Below are positions 43,109-57,451 of a DNA stretch of 64,000 nucleotides, piece after piece. Position numbers and translations under genes: made by a program. Location of the stretch: positions 105,648,001-105,712,000 of the forward strand of contig OZ024745.1 of NCBI GenBank assembly GCA_964016885.1, in the 5' to 3' direction. Below the pieces are notes generated by a model that worked only from the letters and a program-made list of their open reading frames with translations, was not told the origin of the DNA and did no database searches. Origin of the DNA: Eledone cirrhosa (lineage: Eukaryota). Positions within the stretch are counted from its first letter, which is position 1; every line of letters starts with the position of its first letter.

Positions 43109-44207
43109 CTATGCATGCCCTGTGGGGTAAGTCGACGCAACCTATGCGGCCTATCAGACTCGGCACGTCATCCTAGGCAACAACATCGCATGAGCTGGGA
43201 CACGGTGGCTCAACTTCCACGGATATTCAGTCCCGTACCAGACATCAATAAGGCACTCTATCTCACCCACAGTGACATGCTCCTTTATGGTCTGATCACG
43301 CACTCCCTGCATGTGTATCTTTTCAGTGGTATGTGCATATTCTCCACGCACTTCATTACGTAACACCCCATGTATTTTTCCATGTACAGACCAATGTGTA
43401 TCTTTGTATACTTTTCTTATATAATTCAGATGTATGTATTTTTTTTAATATATTCTGCATACATTTTTTTATATATCCTACATGCATTTTCTATGTACGG
43501 TCTGGGCATACCCTTTACATTAATACTATGAACTCCCCATGTATATATATCTGTGCGTGTATGTGTATGTATATGTACGAATGCGTACGTGTGTGTGTGT
43601 GTGCATGTATATATACGAGTGCATGTATGTGTGTGTCTGTCTGTGTATATGCGTGCGTATATACAAGCGCACGCGCGTGTGTGTGTGTGTGGGAGTGGGA
43701 GTGTGAGCTGACAAACAGCAGTAATTTTGCCGACGGGATGGTGGGTCGGCGGGTTGCTACCAGTGGTCAGAATAATGATGACGTCACTAACCAGTGACCA
43801 ACCCAAGGACGCGCAAAGCGGATGAAGGTGGACGATATAGACCTGTAGAGTGAGAAAACCCAGAAAGAGGATATGCTCCGAAATCAATAGACGTGTCCGA
43901 GGAACCTGCGAGTCTAGAGTCAAGTAGATCCACACACGGATCGAACCTCGAACTGTTCGCCGGGGAAATAATTGTAACACACAATAAATTGAGTTCCGAT
44001 GCATCACTGACTTTTCGTTTTCCATTCTCTCTCTATATATATGTATGTATATATAAATAATTAAGAGTCAATAACCAATTTAGACTTATAATATAATTTT
44101 ACTCTTCGTACGTTCAATGTACAACAGCCGGTCATACCTCAATATATATTGGACATTAGTCTGCTGTTCTACTTATCTTCTAGAATATAAATGTTGTTAC
44201 AAGCATA

Positions 44208-44311
44208 TACAACGTGTCCCCCAAAAATATATACACATTTCAATAACATTCTAATAAATATTGTTTGTACAGGTAATGAAAGTTCGTATATATGTTTTGG
44301 GGGACACCCTG
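44208..44311. mobile_element. Tc1/mariner-like MITE
   Basis: TA-caacgtgtccccaaaa ... ttttgggggacaccctg-TA. Confidence 0.75.
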
Positions 44312-44677
44312 TATATATATTCCCTAATGTTATTGCCCAATATTATGAACGACTCCTTCCCTTGTTATCAACAGCAGATTAAATGCTATTCTCTTTGTCA
44401 CGTAATCTGTGTTTCTTTTTATTGCCGTGATGTTCCAGTAATTATTTTGAACTGAAATTTTCTGAACGGCAAAATCTCTTGTGATATTTTATGATTGATA
44501 TAGCCTTTAATATGTTGTGATGTGTTTCAATGTAATGGTGTGCCCGTATATTGTGATTTGCTTAAAAAAATTGATAATGCACTAAATGATATTTTGAGCT
44601 TTCTCTACATTAAAAGAATAAGCTGTCTTCCGACAACTGATAACTGTAGAATTTTATGAATGTGGCCATCCTACATT

Positions 44678-44822
44678 TAATTGTTTCTACTTTTGGCACA
44701 AGGCCAGCAATTATCCAGTACGTTACTGGTATTTTATTTTATCGACCCCGTAAGGATGAAATAAAGTACCAGTAATGTTCTGAGTAATTGCTGGCCTTGT
44801 GCTAAAAGTAGAAACAATTATT
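44678..44822. mobile_element. Head-to-head inverted pair of SINE A 3' ends
   Basis: taattgtttctacttttggcacaaggccagcaatta ... taattgctggccttgtgctaaaagtagaaacaatta. Confidence 0.9.
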
Positions 44823-44850
44823 AATGAAAAATAAAAAAAATAACGAATAA

Positions 44851-45297
44851 GCTATGTAGCCGGTAAACCCTAAAATGACGTAACACACATATCGCTATAG
44901 TGTTTCACCAGCTCCTTCCTTTCACAATCATCCAAAGATGTGTGTGTATCTAATAATTATTTTGTATAATGTTTCTATTTATCTATATGTATGAGTAGAT
45001 GTGTGCGTGTATGTGTAGATTTGCACTTTTGTTGTCTGTATCTCTTTATGTGTTTATGTGTAGATGTGTGTGTATGTATGTGTAGGTTTACACTTCCGTT
45101 GTTTGTATCTGTTTATGTATTTATATGTAGATGTGTGTGTATGTAACTAAAGCGTAACGTACGTTACAGATGGACGAATAAATGATTTTAACTTTTTTTT
45201 AACAATTCACAGTGGAAAAGATTTAAAATTGTCTTAACTCAGACCCCGTAAAAGGTCGCAAATCATAGTCTCTGACACTCTTACCGGCTACATAGCC
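44851..45297. mobile_element. TIR-bounded ~450-bp element
   Basis: gctatgtagccggtaa ... ttaccggctacatagc; an extra cggctacatagcct lies at about 45344. Confidence 0.7.
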
Positions 45298-45625
45298 TGG
45301 GGGTGGGGTGGGGTGGGGGTGGGGGGGTCTATTTTTCGGGGATCGGCTACATAGCCTCTTCCAAAAAATATCTCACTTATTGTAGGCATTCAAGAAAATC
45401 TCTAAACAGAAGTGTGTTTTAGGAATATGTATAAAATACTGTTATAGAAGGCTATAGGAATCTAGTTCGAATATCGAATATCAATAATAACAATAATAAA
45501 GGTATTGAAGTATTACCTTAGAAATATTTAATTAGACCTGTTATTACTAGTAAAATATTTCTTCCCGAATACGAAGGTGTTAAGTGTGTGTGTGAGAGAG
45601 AGAGTGAGAGAGAGAGAGAGAGAGT

Positions 45626-45682
<57 letters not shown>

Positions 45683-45772
45683 CTGAATAATTTAGTTAAT
45701 TTGATCAATCATATGCATATCTCATTAACTGAATCGACTTCACCTGTCTTGTATGGCATTGCTCACCACTTT

Positions 45773-45879
<107 letters not shown>

Positions 45880-46136
45880 TACACCACACCGTACGTAGCA
45901 GGATTCATCCATCGTTTTCTCCATTCTGTCCACCGGAGCTGTGTGTGTGGTGGTGGGGGGGGGGGGGGGGGCAGCACGTGGGACCCCATTTGCTCACCAT
46001 ACGGAGAGATGGGAAGGGCCAGAGAGATGGAGGCGATAACAGTGGGAGTTCGGCTGTTCTTTGTGTTTGCTTAGGTTACAATTGCTATCCACTATTATCC
46101 ACTGTTTAATTCTCCATGTGGAGTTATCTATAAAAA

Positions 46137-46232
46137 TGATGGTTTCTACTTTAGGCACAAGGCCGGCAATTACCCAGTGCATTACTGGTACTTTATTTTA
46201 TCGACCCCGTAAGGATGAAAGGCAAAGTCAAC
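46137..46232 (-). mobile_element. SINE A 3' fragment
   Basis: Family core sequence. Confidence 0.85.
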
Positions 46233-46356
46233 ATGAAAATAATGGTTTCTACACAAAGACTTACAAGGTTCTGCTGTTGGGCTCTTTAAAAACACTGAAA
46301 TCCTTATGAGAACATGTTGATTGAAAAAAATACTTGCTTTCCGTTAACTCAGCCGA

Positions 46357-46612
46357 TTCTTCTTCTTCTTCTTTTTCTTCTTCTCCTTTTTCTTCTTCTC
46401 CTTCTCCTTCTGCTTCTTCTTCTTCTTTTTCTTCTTCTTCTTCTTTTCCTCCTTCTTCTTTTTCTTCTTCTCCTCCTTCTTCTTTTTCTTCTTCTCCTTC
46501 TTATTTTCCTCCCTCTTCTTCTTCTTCTTCTTCTTCTTCTTCTTCTTCTTCTCCTTTTCCTCCTTCTTTTTCTTCTCCTTCGTCTTCTCCCCCCCTCCTC
46601 CTCCTCTCCCTC
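46357..46612. repeat. (TTC/CTC)n polypyrimidine tract
   Basis: Direct reading. Confidence 0.97.
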
Positions 46613-46689
46613 GCCATTACTGTAGTCATCATATACAACTTCTCTTCCCTCCACTCGCCATGGCTTCAATACATATTGTAGTAACATCT

Positions 46690-47330
46690 GACTCAGTGAT
46701 GTCTTAAATACTTTCTGATCGTTGATGTGTTACAATGTTTTAGACATATATAATGGTACATTTGTCAGATATGTGTATCGCTGTTATACCATAAACCACG
46801 GTTTATTGATATCACTGTTAAACTGATATATTTTTTACACAGATATCGCCATTAAATTGGTGTCATCATACATTTTCATATCACTCTTAGATTAATATCA
46901 ATGTTACATTGACATCGCTATAAAAAAAGATAACACCAGTACATTGATATCAATGTTATAGATGGCACTATTTCACTGATATCACTTTTTCACTGATATC
47001 ATTATTACTCTGATATCAACATTACATTGATATCACTGTTGCATTGATATGATGAATATTACATGATCTCTTCACATCAATATCACTATTACATTGATAT
47101 ATTACATTGATAAAACGTTTTCTGTGGATATCACTGTTTCACTGACAATATTTCTATATTAATATCATTTTTATGTTGGCAATATTTTTACTTTGATATC
47201 ACTTTTATATTGAAACTTATGTTGGTTCCACAATTCCATCAATATTAATATGATATCATTTATGTTGATATCATAGCTAATCTGATATACCATTGTTATA
47301 TTAATATCATATTTTATATTAATATTAAAT
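46690..47330. repeat. Decayed minisatellite built on acattGATATCactgtt
   Basis: GATATC or close variants recur, often about 20 bp apart. Confidence 0.7.
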
Positions 47331-47339
47331 GGGTGTAGA

Positions 47340-47522
47340 TTGGCAGTATCAGTAGAACGTCAGACACTATGCTTTGCAGCATAGAGTTATAGCCCTTTGC
47401 GTTCTGAGTTCAAATCCCGCCGAGGTTAACTTTGCCTTTCACCCTTACGGGGTCGATAAAATAAAGTACCAGTAATGCACTGGGGTAATTGCTGGCCTTG
47501 TGCCAAAAGTAGAAACAGTTAT
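47340..47522 (+). mobile_element. SINE family A
   Basis: Near full length; flanked by ttatattaatat on both sides. Confidence 0.9.
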
Positions 47523-49082
47523 ATTAATATGATATTTACATCATTACTCCCCTTCAGATATATGTCTTCTAAGGATTTAATGAAGAAAATCTAATTTAGT
47601 TTGAGAATGCCAGTATTTAAATATGTGTATGTGTATGTGTGGTGGTGGTGGTGGTGGTGGTGGTGTGGGGGCTGTGCTTAACTCCAACTCAACCTTTATC
47701 AAGTTGTTCTATGTAACTGGCCGGATGATGTGTTGTAAGCAACAAATATGTAGTTTTATTTATACTATATCCCAGTACACGCTCTACCAATTCGGCCAAT
47801 CTACCAGCCTTACTAGATGGAGGCATATTAATTACACTGTATGATGAAAAATAAAAATAAACATAACAACAAAAACAGAATGGGATGGTTATTATTCTAT
47901 CAATCATTGACTATAGTTTAAACTTAGTCAGAGCTAATCAAAGGTTAAAATATACCCCACCCCCACACTCACAACTGCAATAACGACGTGAATAAAAAAA
48001 AATGTCGTTGCCCACGAACTTACGAGCTCAGTTGGTCCGCCGCAGCCGACCCGTATGCTGCCGGGGAATCAGTGGCGTTCGTCTTTGTGAAAAACCGTGC
48101 ATGAGGCTGCTCAAACCTGCTTAAAAGAGCAACCAAATCTTACTCAGATAATTCTCTACACGTTTTTAAACAGTCAATGAAACAGATTAGTTAAGGTAGT
48201 CATAGATATAACTTATCTGGATCAAAGTTTACTGGTTTTGACCGTAAAATATTTTCGTCAAAAGCCTCACGTGGAGGGGTGGTCAAACAACATGCGATTA
48301 TAGCCATCATTTAGATTTTTGGACTTTCAGTATCACATCGGAAGTCGCATACATAATAACTGAAGTGAGGATGTGCTGTAATGTAGTCTTAGGGACATTA
48401 CTGTGTAGATGCGGGCTTGACTAAATTGATAAATACTTCGCTTTAATATCATAGTGTTCTGACTTCGATCCCACTATTTGTTATCTTGAGTAAGTGTTCA
48501 AATTCTAACCATAGTCCCTAGACAATTCATCCATAGGGAAAGAAAGTGGGAAGATAGAAACTGTGTAGATGCCTGTCGGCTGGATTATACCTGTAATTCA
48601 AAAGGGTCACTCTTGCCACATTTTGTCACGCTGGATCTGTCTAAGAATTATGTTGAGAGTATAAGTATCTGCGCAATATGGAGTCTCTTGCACGTTATAT
48701 TAACTAAAAGGAAGTTAACTAGATTAAATAGCCATGGTGTCATGATGTCAGAGTGAGTCGTTGAATGGTCATAACTGGAATAGTTCTGATCGTAATATCT
48801 GTTCACTTAGCGCTTTACTTGTAGCTAAAACAGCACAAGACCATTGCCAATATTTATATATTTGAACCTCGGGTGCTGCAGTCGGCTATGTATACAAAAT
48901 AGCTGAAGGGAGGCTGTGTATTCTCGGAAGATATACAAGCAGCACCTGTATTATCTGGTGACAGCTGAACGTAAATTTCTCACCCGAATCACCTGCATCG
49001 ATACATCACTGCACATCATATAATGTATTCTGACACATCATTTCCTCGATTCCCCCGTCATCGAATCATACGGATACTCTTA

Positions 49083-49174
<92 letters not shown>

Positions 49175-50400
49175 CGTGTATATGTGCGTGTGTGTGTGCG
49201 TGTGTGTGCGTGTGTATGTGTGTGGATATGTGAATGTGTTGTGTGGATATTTATCTAATCGACTAATTTTCTCTCACCCTCACTATATAACATACACACG
49301 CACACACACTCTCTCCTACCCCCCTCTCTCTATGTATGTATGCTTGAAGATGCATTGTTTCATCGTTAGAATGTTTGCTTTAATATCGTGAAGTTGTTCC
49401 AAAGCCGGGGACGTCTTTTGTCCATTTAATCACGATACGTTATTTCACGATGTTCCAGTCCAGTAAACTGGAAATAACTGAGTTTTACCTGTAATACAAA
49501 AGAGTCAGCTTTGTCACACACAATGTCACGCTGAACTACGTTAACCCTTTAACTTTTAAACCGGCCGTATCCAGCCATACTTCCCTAACCTCTTTCTACT
49601 CACACTGGCTGTAACTGGTTACTCATACTGATGTTAATGTATTGATCTCAAAATAAATATGAACAAAATCTCATAGATTCGGTATTATGTGAGATAATTA
49701 TGTGAGTTAAAGCCTTTAATGTAAAAATATAATACCTGAGCCAATAGAATGTTGCTCATTTTCGCACATATGTTTCATTGGTGTCGAGCCAAATTGAATG
49801 ACAATGCAACTTTGGAGATTTTTCTTGCTTTTTGAGGACAGCGAAAGTCAAATATGATTTGACAGTCATTCCAGTGTTAGGATAACAGTGGCGATATTTC
49901 CGTAAATTTGAAGCATTCTTCTACGAAAATCCACAATGTTATTGTTGCTTAGGCTTAAATTGGCCTGCCCAAGTAGATGTACGATAGAAGTCGGCTTTAC
50001 ATTTAATATTGTCTATTTTCAATTATTGTGCATCTAAGAATAAGTTATCCAAAATTGTTAAGACGGCTGGGAATAATTTCAGTGCGATTTTATCTTTATT
50101 ATTTTCACATACACTTGAAGAATATTCATTTTAAGACTTATGCGTCTCGAATATGATTATGTGTGTGTATATATGTATATATATCGACAGTCGATTGACT
50201 TTCGTCAAATCGGACCAAGGAACCAATGTTTCCATTGGTCTTTCCAATTTGTAATGCTATCTATCGGTCGCAAATCCAGGTAGAAGGAGCAACGTGAAAT
50301 AAAGAGTCTGGCTGAAGGGCATAACGCATTGCCCTGTCCTCACGACTGCGAATCCAATTCTCTAACCACTCAGCCGCGCGCCTTCACCATATACATACAT

Positions 50401-50495
<95 letters not shown>

Positions 50496-51022
50496 CATAT
50501 ATACATATACATATATATGATGATGATGATGATGATGGCTGCCCCCTCGTTATCGAGTATGGCCATTGCATGATGCAGCATTATTAATAATTATTAATTA
50601 ATTCTACCATGCAATGCCTGAGCATGAAGATATTTTTTAAAGTGAGGAAAGACTGTGCACTGAACCAATCCTACTCTCTGAGCGACAGTAGCTATAACCC
50701 CAAAAGAAGAAAAGATCAACATCATCGGTAACTACATGTATATACAGTATATACACATGTACCGCACGGTTAAACCACTGGATGTGAAGGACCCCTAGCC
50801 TTTGTCAGGGCATTCTTCTAGCAGAAGGCAACTCAGGGAACTGGGATAACTCCGATATAAAACCTGATACATATATATACATACATATATACATACATAT
50901 ATATACACATATATATATTCCTCAGTGAAATAACAACCCAGCAAGGAACTGGACAAATCAGAGTATTGACAATATTATACACCTAAACAACATATGTACT
51001 TGTCTATACCATACTAATTCAA

Positions 51023-51077
51023 ACTGCCTGAAGAGGTCACAGCCAAAGATGGCTGTCACTGAAATATATATAGCAGT
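51023..51077 (+). ncRNA. Type I hammerhead ribozyme motif (distinct family)
   Basis: actgc-CTGAAGA-ggtcacagcca[aaga]tggctgtcact-GAAA-tatata-TA-gcagt; all three stems pair. Confidence 0.82.
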
Positions 51078-51121
51078 AATAAACGAAGCTAAATTTTAAT
51101 CATTTGACTTTTATTTAACTT

Positions 51122-51175
<54 letters not shown>

Positions 51176-52998
51176 ATGTATGATGTATATAGCCATGAGT
51201 GTATGTCTCTATCTTCTTCACAATAAGTACTTACTTTACCAAAAAATATTAAAAAATTACCCCACAGATAGAAATAATATATACAAACTGCCCTTTCACT
51301 TTTTCTCTCTCTCTCTCTCTCAACCACGCACGCACACAAACACCACACACACACATACCCCCCCCTCCCACAAACACACATAGATAGTTATAAAACATGT
51401 ACACTTGTTAATGTAGAGACACACACATAAAATATATTTTACACACGCTTACTTACGAATTATTGATCTTATCCTTGGCACATGGCCAGGCATTTGTTGA
51501 AAAGAGACGTAGCTGATTGAATCGACCGCAGTACTTGAGTGACACTTACTTTATCGATAGTCAATAAGCTGTAAAATAATTCCTGTAATCCAAGTATACT
51601 CTTAAAGACGAAAGAAACTTCATCCTGAATAGAAACCTCATCAATTACACTTAACACAAATATATTGAAAAACAATCCAAGTCGATTTGAACTCTATCTA
51701 CTCGGCTCTCCCGTTCAGTTCAACTTTGCCTTTCATCCGTCCTGATTCGAGAAAATAAAGCACCAGTCATGTACTGAGTGATATTTAATCAACTTCCTCA
51801 TCCTACCCCAATTGTTGTACTGGTAAGGTCTGAATTAGAAACAAAGGGCAGTTGGTTTTAGTGGAATTGTTAAGAGCTTCGGTCAATATGGCTCGCAGCA
51901 CTTGTTAGTGTCCTTTATGGTTTAATTTCAAATCCGACCGTAACTAACTTTGTCTTTCATCATTTAGTATTTGGAAACCATATGTAACATTCAAGTACTG
52001 GGTTCGATTTAATAGACATCCTCACTCTAACTTGAAATAGTTGTAATTGTGTTTTAAAAAGAAGCCAAAACTACTTAGTCAAAAAAGGGAGGAATAGGTT
52101 GGTGTCAATAGCCCTGTTTTAAACCCTTCAATGCTAGCGAGATCAATTCGACTGATATTGCGGTTAAATTTCTGTAGGGTTGATACCTATAGGGTCAAAT
52201 GCTCGAGCAGATTTTCGAGCTAATAAGGACATTTCTACGCATTCGGTAAATCTGCTAAAAGTAGCAGGTAAATAACGCTTGTAACAATAACAAAAAAAAA
52301 AAAAAAACGTAATGACACATTGGAAAATATATTTTATGATATTTATATGATGACGATATGTTTATTAATGGAATGTCCTTAATGATAGCTTAGTCTTGAT
52401 ATATCGTGACTGATCATTGTTTGAGTATTGTTAATCAGGGCTGATATTGGGCTAAACCAGTGATGTTCAAATTAGTCCAGCTCGGCCATTATTGTTTTAT
52501 AACAGCCTGGGTGATTTACGACGGCGAGGTTTATGTTTGGTTATGTAATTAAAAATAAAAATTATATTTGGTGAGCAATGAAGTTTTCTTCGTGGAACAC
52601 TTTTTAAAGAAATGTTCTACATGTTTAGACAAACATAGGCAAGACAGATTCAGTAGGGATATGTTTCTGGGTAGACATCATTAAGGAAATGATTACTAAA
52701 GACATTAAGGAGTGACATACCGTAAGCATGATGAGTAGAAAAGAGCTGGGTGAATCTTCTGAGCTTTGTCTGACCAGCCATATATTTTGAAAGGAAACAA
52801 CGACTTCAAATGACGGTAGAATTGTCAAAAAGAAAGTATCACGTGTATGACAGAAGTTGTAGGCTTGTATTGATTGCGTTTTTGTGAAACAGCTGAATGG
52901 CATTAAGGATGAATGGCGGGGGTTGTGTGTATGTATTAACAGTACCGTAACTAATATAGGCCGAAATAATCTTTGGCTCAGAATCGAAATGTTAATAT

Positions 52999-53176
52999 CA
53001 GACTTGCCAATCTCTAAAGACTCAGACGAGGAGTACCATGAAACAAAGTGCTCTAAAACAGGGAGAAATGAGGCAAAATTGGCAGATTTTACATAATGAT
53101 ATAGAGGAGACATCTCTCACCCACTCCAAAGTGGTTGGGAGATATTCCCGTCGGACGGGGAGAGGTGCTAGGTCTG
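52999..53176. mobile_element. MITE copy (CAGAC...GTCTG family)
   Basis: Similar to the 22352 and 40111 copies. Confidence 0.8.
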
Positions 53177-53210
53177 TAATATTGTTGATGCAGATTAAAC
53201 AACATTAGGG

Positions 53211-53534
53211 GATTGGCAGTATCGGTAGAGGGGCGGACGCCATGCTTTGACGCATAGAGTTACGGCCCTTGCCATTCTGAGTTCAAATCCCGCCGAGGTT
53301 AACTTTGCCTTTCATCCTTACGGGGTCGATAAAATAAAGTACCAGTAATGCACTGGGTATTTGCTGGCCTTGTGCCAAAAGTAGAGACAATTATATATGT
53401 CACACTCCTTTATATTCTGAGTTCAAATCCCGCCGAGGTTCACTTTGCCTCTCATCCTTACGGGGTCGATAAAATAAAGTATCAGTAATGTACTGAGATA
53501 ATTGTTGACCTTGTGCCAAAAGTAGAAACAATTA
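53211..53534 (+). mobile_element. Two tandem SINE A copies
   Basis: Near-full copy 53211-53393 and 5'-truncated copy 53414-53534. Confidence 0.9.
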
Positions 53535-54170
53535 TATATATATATATGAGATGAGGACGTCACCAATATACATTTTGATTCTTAGTATTTTGTCACGAAT
53601 ATGGACGTTTTGTGTGACTGCCCTTGATATGTTTATTTAAAGTTTCTATAAGCTGTTCTTTCTAAGAGCAGCTCTATAGTTCTATAGATGTGCGTTGCAG
53701 TGTTGCCAACATTAATTGATGCCGCTAAAACTACTGTGTGACACTGGTACGGACAAACTGTAGCATAATGAAGCAAGCTTTGTAGAGATCAATGCCCACC
53801 GTTTGATATTATTGTATCGACAATAGTGTAACTAGTAATAACAGCGGATACTTTCTGATATAGAAGTTGTGTTATTGCTTGGAGAAAACAGACCACTAGC
53901 TGTATACGTTTGTATAGAGCACACGTTATTAATAAACGTTCTGTTTGAATGCTTCTGAACACACTCGTGCGTGTGCACACAATCATTCACGAATATGAAC
54001 ACACGCGCTAACTATACATGAACACAAAGAGACACACAGACATGTATATACACAAACAAGGTCATTTTAGATATATGGATTCTCTATTTTATTTCGCACA
54101 GATCAGATGCACATGCTTAAGGCGTATATGTGCATAAGTGTCGTAGTGTGCATGAGTCCTCCCATTTATA

Positions 54171-54227
<57 letters not shown>

Positions 54228-55280
54228 ATGCTTTCTTTAGTAACCACAAGGGTTTACATAAAGTAGACATTAAGGACAGTACAGGACAATACAGGACGGT
54301 TCAAATGGGCATTTTTGCGTGTAAAAAAAAACAGAGGATGTAATAAAAAATAACAATGAAAAATTCCCCAATAGGGGGGAGACTTCCGAGGGACATTTGT
54401 GGAGAAAGCCTATTAAAAGGCCACAGTGACCCTGACCACCAGGACAAGTTCCCTCTCCCAGTTTTCCACCTTTAATTTACAAACACATACTCAGAGTAGG
54501 CCCATTCAATGTATATATATATATATATGTGTGTGTGTGTATGCATGTAGAGTTTTATATATTTGTATATATATATATATATATACTCTACTATGTATTG
54601 AGTACCTTACTAACTGTGGTTACCCCCTCCACCCACATATATATGTATATGTAGACGTTGAACTGGTCCAGCCTGTCTTGCCACCAAGACTATTTCATCC
54701 ATGGCTTAGTTCCTGACAAGCACTAACGACCCGGGTCTGAGGGTATCTGGGATTTGTAATGACTAAGAATTAAATCTATACTTTCCAGTACCCCGGGGCG
54801 GCATCTGTGGCGGTTACAATCGTGCACAATTCTGACACTTAAGGAAGAATAAGGTTCCTTTCAGTTCTGCATCGTATTTGTTATTCATTTAAAGAGAGGA
54901 CATTAACCCCGAGATATTCTGTTAGAATATACAGGGTAATTGAAACAAAAAACATAACACTGTTTTGTTTAATTTGCCCTATATTTTTCACCGCATCCTA
55001 CTGGTTTTCTGAAGTACGTAACAGTCAATTATTACATATCTCACAATGCTTCATATTAACTATATATATATATATATATATATATGAAAGACGTAAGTAA
55101 GTTAATTTTTAATTTTTAACATTTTCTTATTTTACGTCTTTCATATAATTGTTCTGCATTCCCCTGCATAGAACCACCTAGGTACTTTGACATAACTTAT
55201 ATATTTGCTAGCATTAGTGTACATCTGTACGCATATGTTGGTAGATGTACTAATTCTTTCTGTCTCTCTCTATATATATA

Positions 55281-55416
55281 TAACGAAGGAAATGTGGTAA
55301 GGAACCAGATGGACCATAACGCACCAAAGTACTCAATACTTAGGGTAGTAGAGTGGGTAATAAGAATAAGTATGACCCCGACGGCAGAGCTCAAGCCGTT
55401 TCGACGGCTAATTCTG

Positions 55417-55475
<59 letters not shown>

Positions 55476-55612
55476 ACGAAGGAAGTTTGTAAGGAACCAG
55501 ATGGACAATAACGTACCAGAGTACTCAATACTTAGGGTAGTAGAGTGGGTAATAGGAAAAATGTTAACCCCGTCGAAACGGCTTGAGCTCTGCCGTCGGG
55601 GTTAAACTTTTT

Positions 55613-55614
<2 letters not shown>
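55281..55614. mobile_element. Two family H mini-elements separated by (TA)n
   Basis: 55281-55420(-) and 55474-55614, the second with an inversion junction aacccc|gtcgaaac. Confidence 0.85.
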
Positions 55615-55675
<61 letters not shown>

Positions 55676-57358
55676 TTATATATATCTCTACATATTGGCA
55701 TTGCCTGTATTTATTTGATGTAAAGAAAACCAATAGCCGCATGGAAGGTGACATTTTAAGGGACTTAGATACAAAATATTGGTTGGTGTGCAAGTCCATA
55801 TATGTGTCTATCCGTGCATGATCACGCGAGATGTTTGTGCGTGTGACTGAAGTGAAACAAAGATAGAAGAAAGTATTGCTCAGAGACAGCTTGTATATTG
55901 TACTGAGAGAGTATCTGACTGGAGGGTAGAAAGACGAAAGAATCGCTGAGAGACAGCTTGTATATTGGACTGAGTGTGTGACTGGAGGGTAAAAAGACGA
56001 AACAAAAAGACAGATAGAAAATGAAGTAAAATCAGAAAGGCAAATAGATAGAAAGAGGAAATAAATAAAAGGCAAGTGTAACAGGAGGGATATGAATGAA
56101 TAGTTACAGACAATCAATAGATTGTCATTTGGAAATCGATTTTTATTTTGTATTAGTTTCTCACCTTTTTTCCTTTCATTTCGTCTTTTCCTCCCCTCCC
56201 TTGTTGCCAATGAATGAAAAGCGAACAGTTTCAATGTAAACGCTTTGTAAACTACAATCGCAATATCTACTACTCCGTAACCTATTAGCCATCCACCCTT
56301 CCACCAATTCTTTCAATCAACCGGCCAGTTAGTCAGCCAGCCACCTTGCCAGCCTCCCGCCAGCCATCTAGATCTCCATTACCGCTAGCATTTTATCTCG
56401 ACAAGTAGGTTATAAAATTGGCAATAGTTAACAACAGAAATAAAAGAGAATTCATGAAGGAGCAGACCTACTGTTTGACAGCCCGAGGCACCGAAAAAAT
56501 CTCTATCTGCTCTTAGATAACGAGAGAACGTCTACGCTCTCCGTGGGGAACTTCTACGTGAGAGATTCCCAATCTTATTCCATTGGCGACAAGCTTCTTT
56601 AAAACTAATCTAATTAATATGTAAATAATTTTAAATATATACATTGTCAATAGTCATGTGTCTAAAGGTCAGATCTCATATACAGTTTATAGGCGAATTG
56701 ATCAAATATGATATAATATTAGAATACACATTAAATTACAGACTACACATTAAATTACAGACTACACATTAAATTGTCGTGGCACACACTTTACAAATTT
56801 CTGTGCGTTCTGAAACTGTAAGAATGTCTCTGCGTGGTCCTGGAGAATGAGGAATCCTCAAACGAAATCAAATGGCGTGCTAGATAGAGCAGACAACCTA
56901 TATTTAGAACTTATACTACTGATATAACATTGTCCTGAGGGTTAGATGGGCAACACAAATAACAAGCGAAAGAAAAGAGGTAAGGACATAAGAAAATTTG
57001 GAAAATAAAGAAAAGAATGAAATATAGGAAATAAAGATAGAAACACAACAAATCTAGACAGAATCAGCCACCCCTTCCCCAAATTAAATTATAGTAACAG
57101 GTGAAAAAGTTTTATAAACGATTACTCTTTCTGTTTTAATGGTACCAGCTAGTTGGCTGAGGCTAATATGGAGGCACCACCATCAAATGAAGAAAGGAAA
57201 ATAAACCTCCTGTAGAGACACGAACCATGTATCTATCAGTCGCTAGTAGACTTGGAAAATTATTTGTTTAAACTTATTCATATGCGTTTTAAAGAACACA
57301 ATATGAATGAGTGGGATCACATTTTCCTCTATCCCGCGAGTCATGATCAATGGCGCAT

Positions 57359-57451
<93 letters not shown>

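Noticed and set aside
46349-46687. Arg-rich protamine-like ORF
   Set aside because: Reverse strand of a (TTC)n tract.
53211-53300. tRNA gene (A-box and B-box-like motifs)
   Set aside because: This is the SINE head; no cloverleaf, and it continues into the SINE core.
56460-56572. Adjacent short hairpins suggesting a structured RNA
   Set aside because: Stems of only 5-6 bp, no known motif and a single copy; compatible with chance.
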